DNA of 63,937 nucleotides, the filler included, from Octopus bimaculoides (taxonomy: Eukaryota): NCBI RefSeq assembly GCF_001194135.2. It is 7 parts of 6 records of this genome, joined end to end, with 100 filler letters (N's around TTAATTAATTAA, not from the genome) between each part and the next. Parts side by side here need not be neighbours in the genome. Positions count along the whole stretch, not along the records: positions 61,945 to 63,937 come from NC_068983.1; 6 more parts are not named here. One strand, 5' to 3'. The notes under the pieces are model-generated. The model was not told the origin of the DNA. It did no database searches and was given only the letters and a program-made list of their open reading frames with translations. Below, in pieces: positions 63,690-63,937 of the stretch (position 1 is the first letter of the stretch; every line of letters begins with the position of its first letter). Made by a program: the position numbers and the translations under genes.

Positions 63690-63937
63690 GTTGTCAGTTC
63701 ATTTCCATGTGTTTTAATTAGTGAGGACAGGTTTTTCATTATTTTTTGTGGGGTGTAGTTTGTGACTTTTTCATAGTGTTGGTTGTCATCCAGCATGGAA
63801 ATTATTAGGTTTCTATAGTATAATGTGTCCATTATTACAACTGCACTTCCTTTATCTGCTTCCTTAATCGTAATATCTTCATCATTTTGGAGTTCTATTA
63901 GTTCCTTCCATTGTGTAGTGTTAAAGTTTGAGTTAAC
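63690..63937 (-). mobile_element. Penelope-like element pre-RT region, open frame, runs off the window
   Basis: ELQNDEDITIKEADKGSAVVIMDTLYYRNLIISMLDDNQHY is the PLE 'ADKG' motif region, with no stop over about 83 codons. Confidence 0.85.

Overview
This is AT-rich eukaryotic non-coding DNA. The SINE families, the extreme microsatellite load and the gap style point to an octopus genome (inference from recognition, not from a search). There are 22 N-gaps (about 7 kb, 11%). Six of them are artificial 100-bp joins carrying a TTAATTAATTAA six-frame-stop linker, so neighbourhood across those joins is uncertain. I find no host protein-coding gene, rRNA, intact tRNA or CRISPR array that the sequence supports. 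Nearly all long ORFs in the track are microsatellite or N-gap artefacts. The window is a transposon graveyard. It holds a nearly full-length but disrupted L1/Tx1-clade LINE (321-5760, minus) and a second truncated copy, two R4/Dong-type RLE LINE fragments, a CR1/L2-group LINE tail, and four Penelope-like (PLE) fragments. It also holds four mariner fossils, a Tc1/mariner MITE, a Buster/SPIN-type hAT fossil, a complete non-autonomous Chapaev3 element with TIRs and TAA TSD, and more than 30 copies or fragments of three tRNA-derived SINE families. The most interesting signal that none of the ORFs explain is a set of minimal hammerhead-ribozyme-like motifs (41068, 43750-44505, 50825, 56720). One set lies in a 693-nt unit bounded by ~200-bp direct repeats, which resembles a PLE pseudo-LTR or a retrozyme. 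All of these motifs carry core deviations, so activity is unproven. I cannot claim a genuinely new biological system from the sequence alone.
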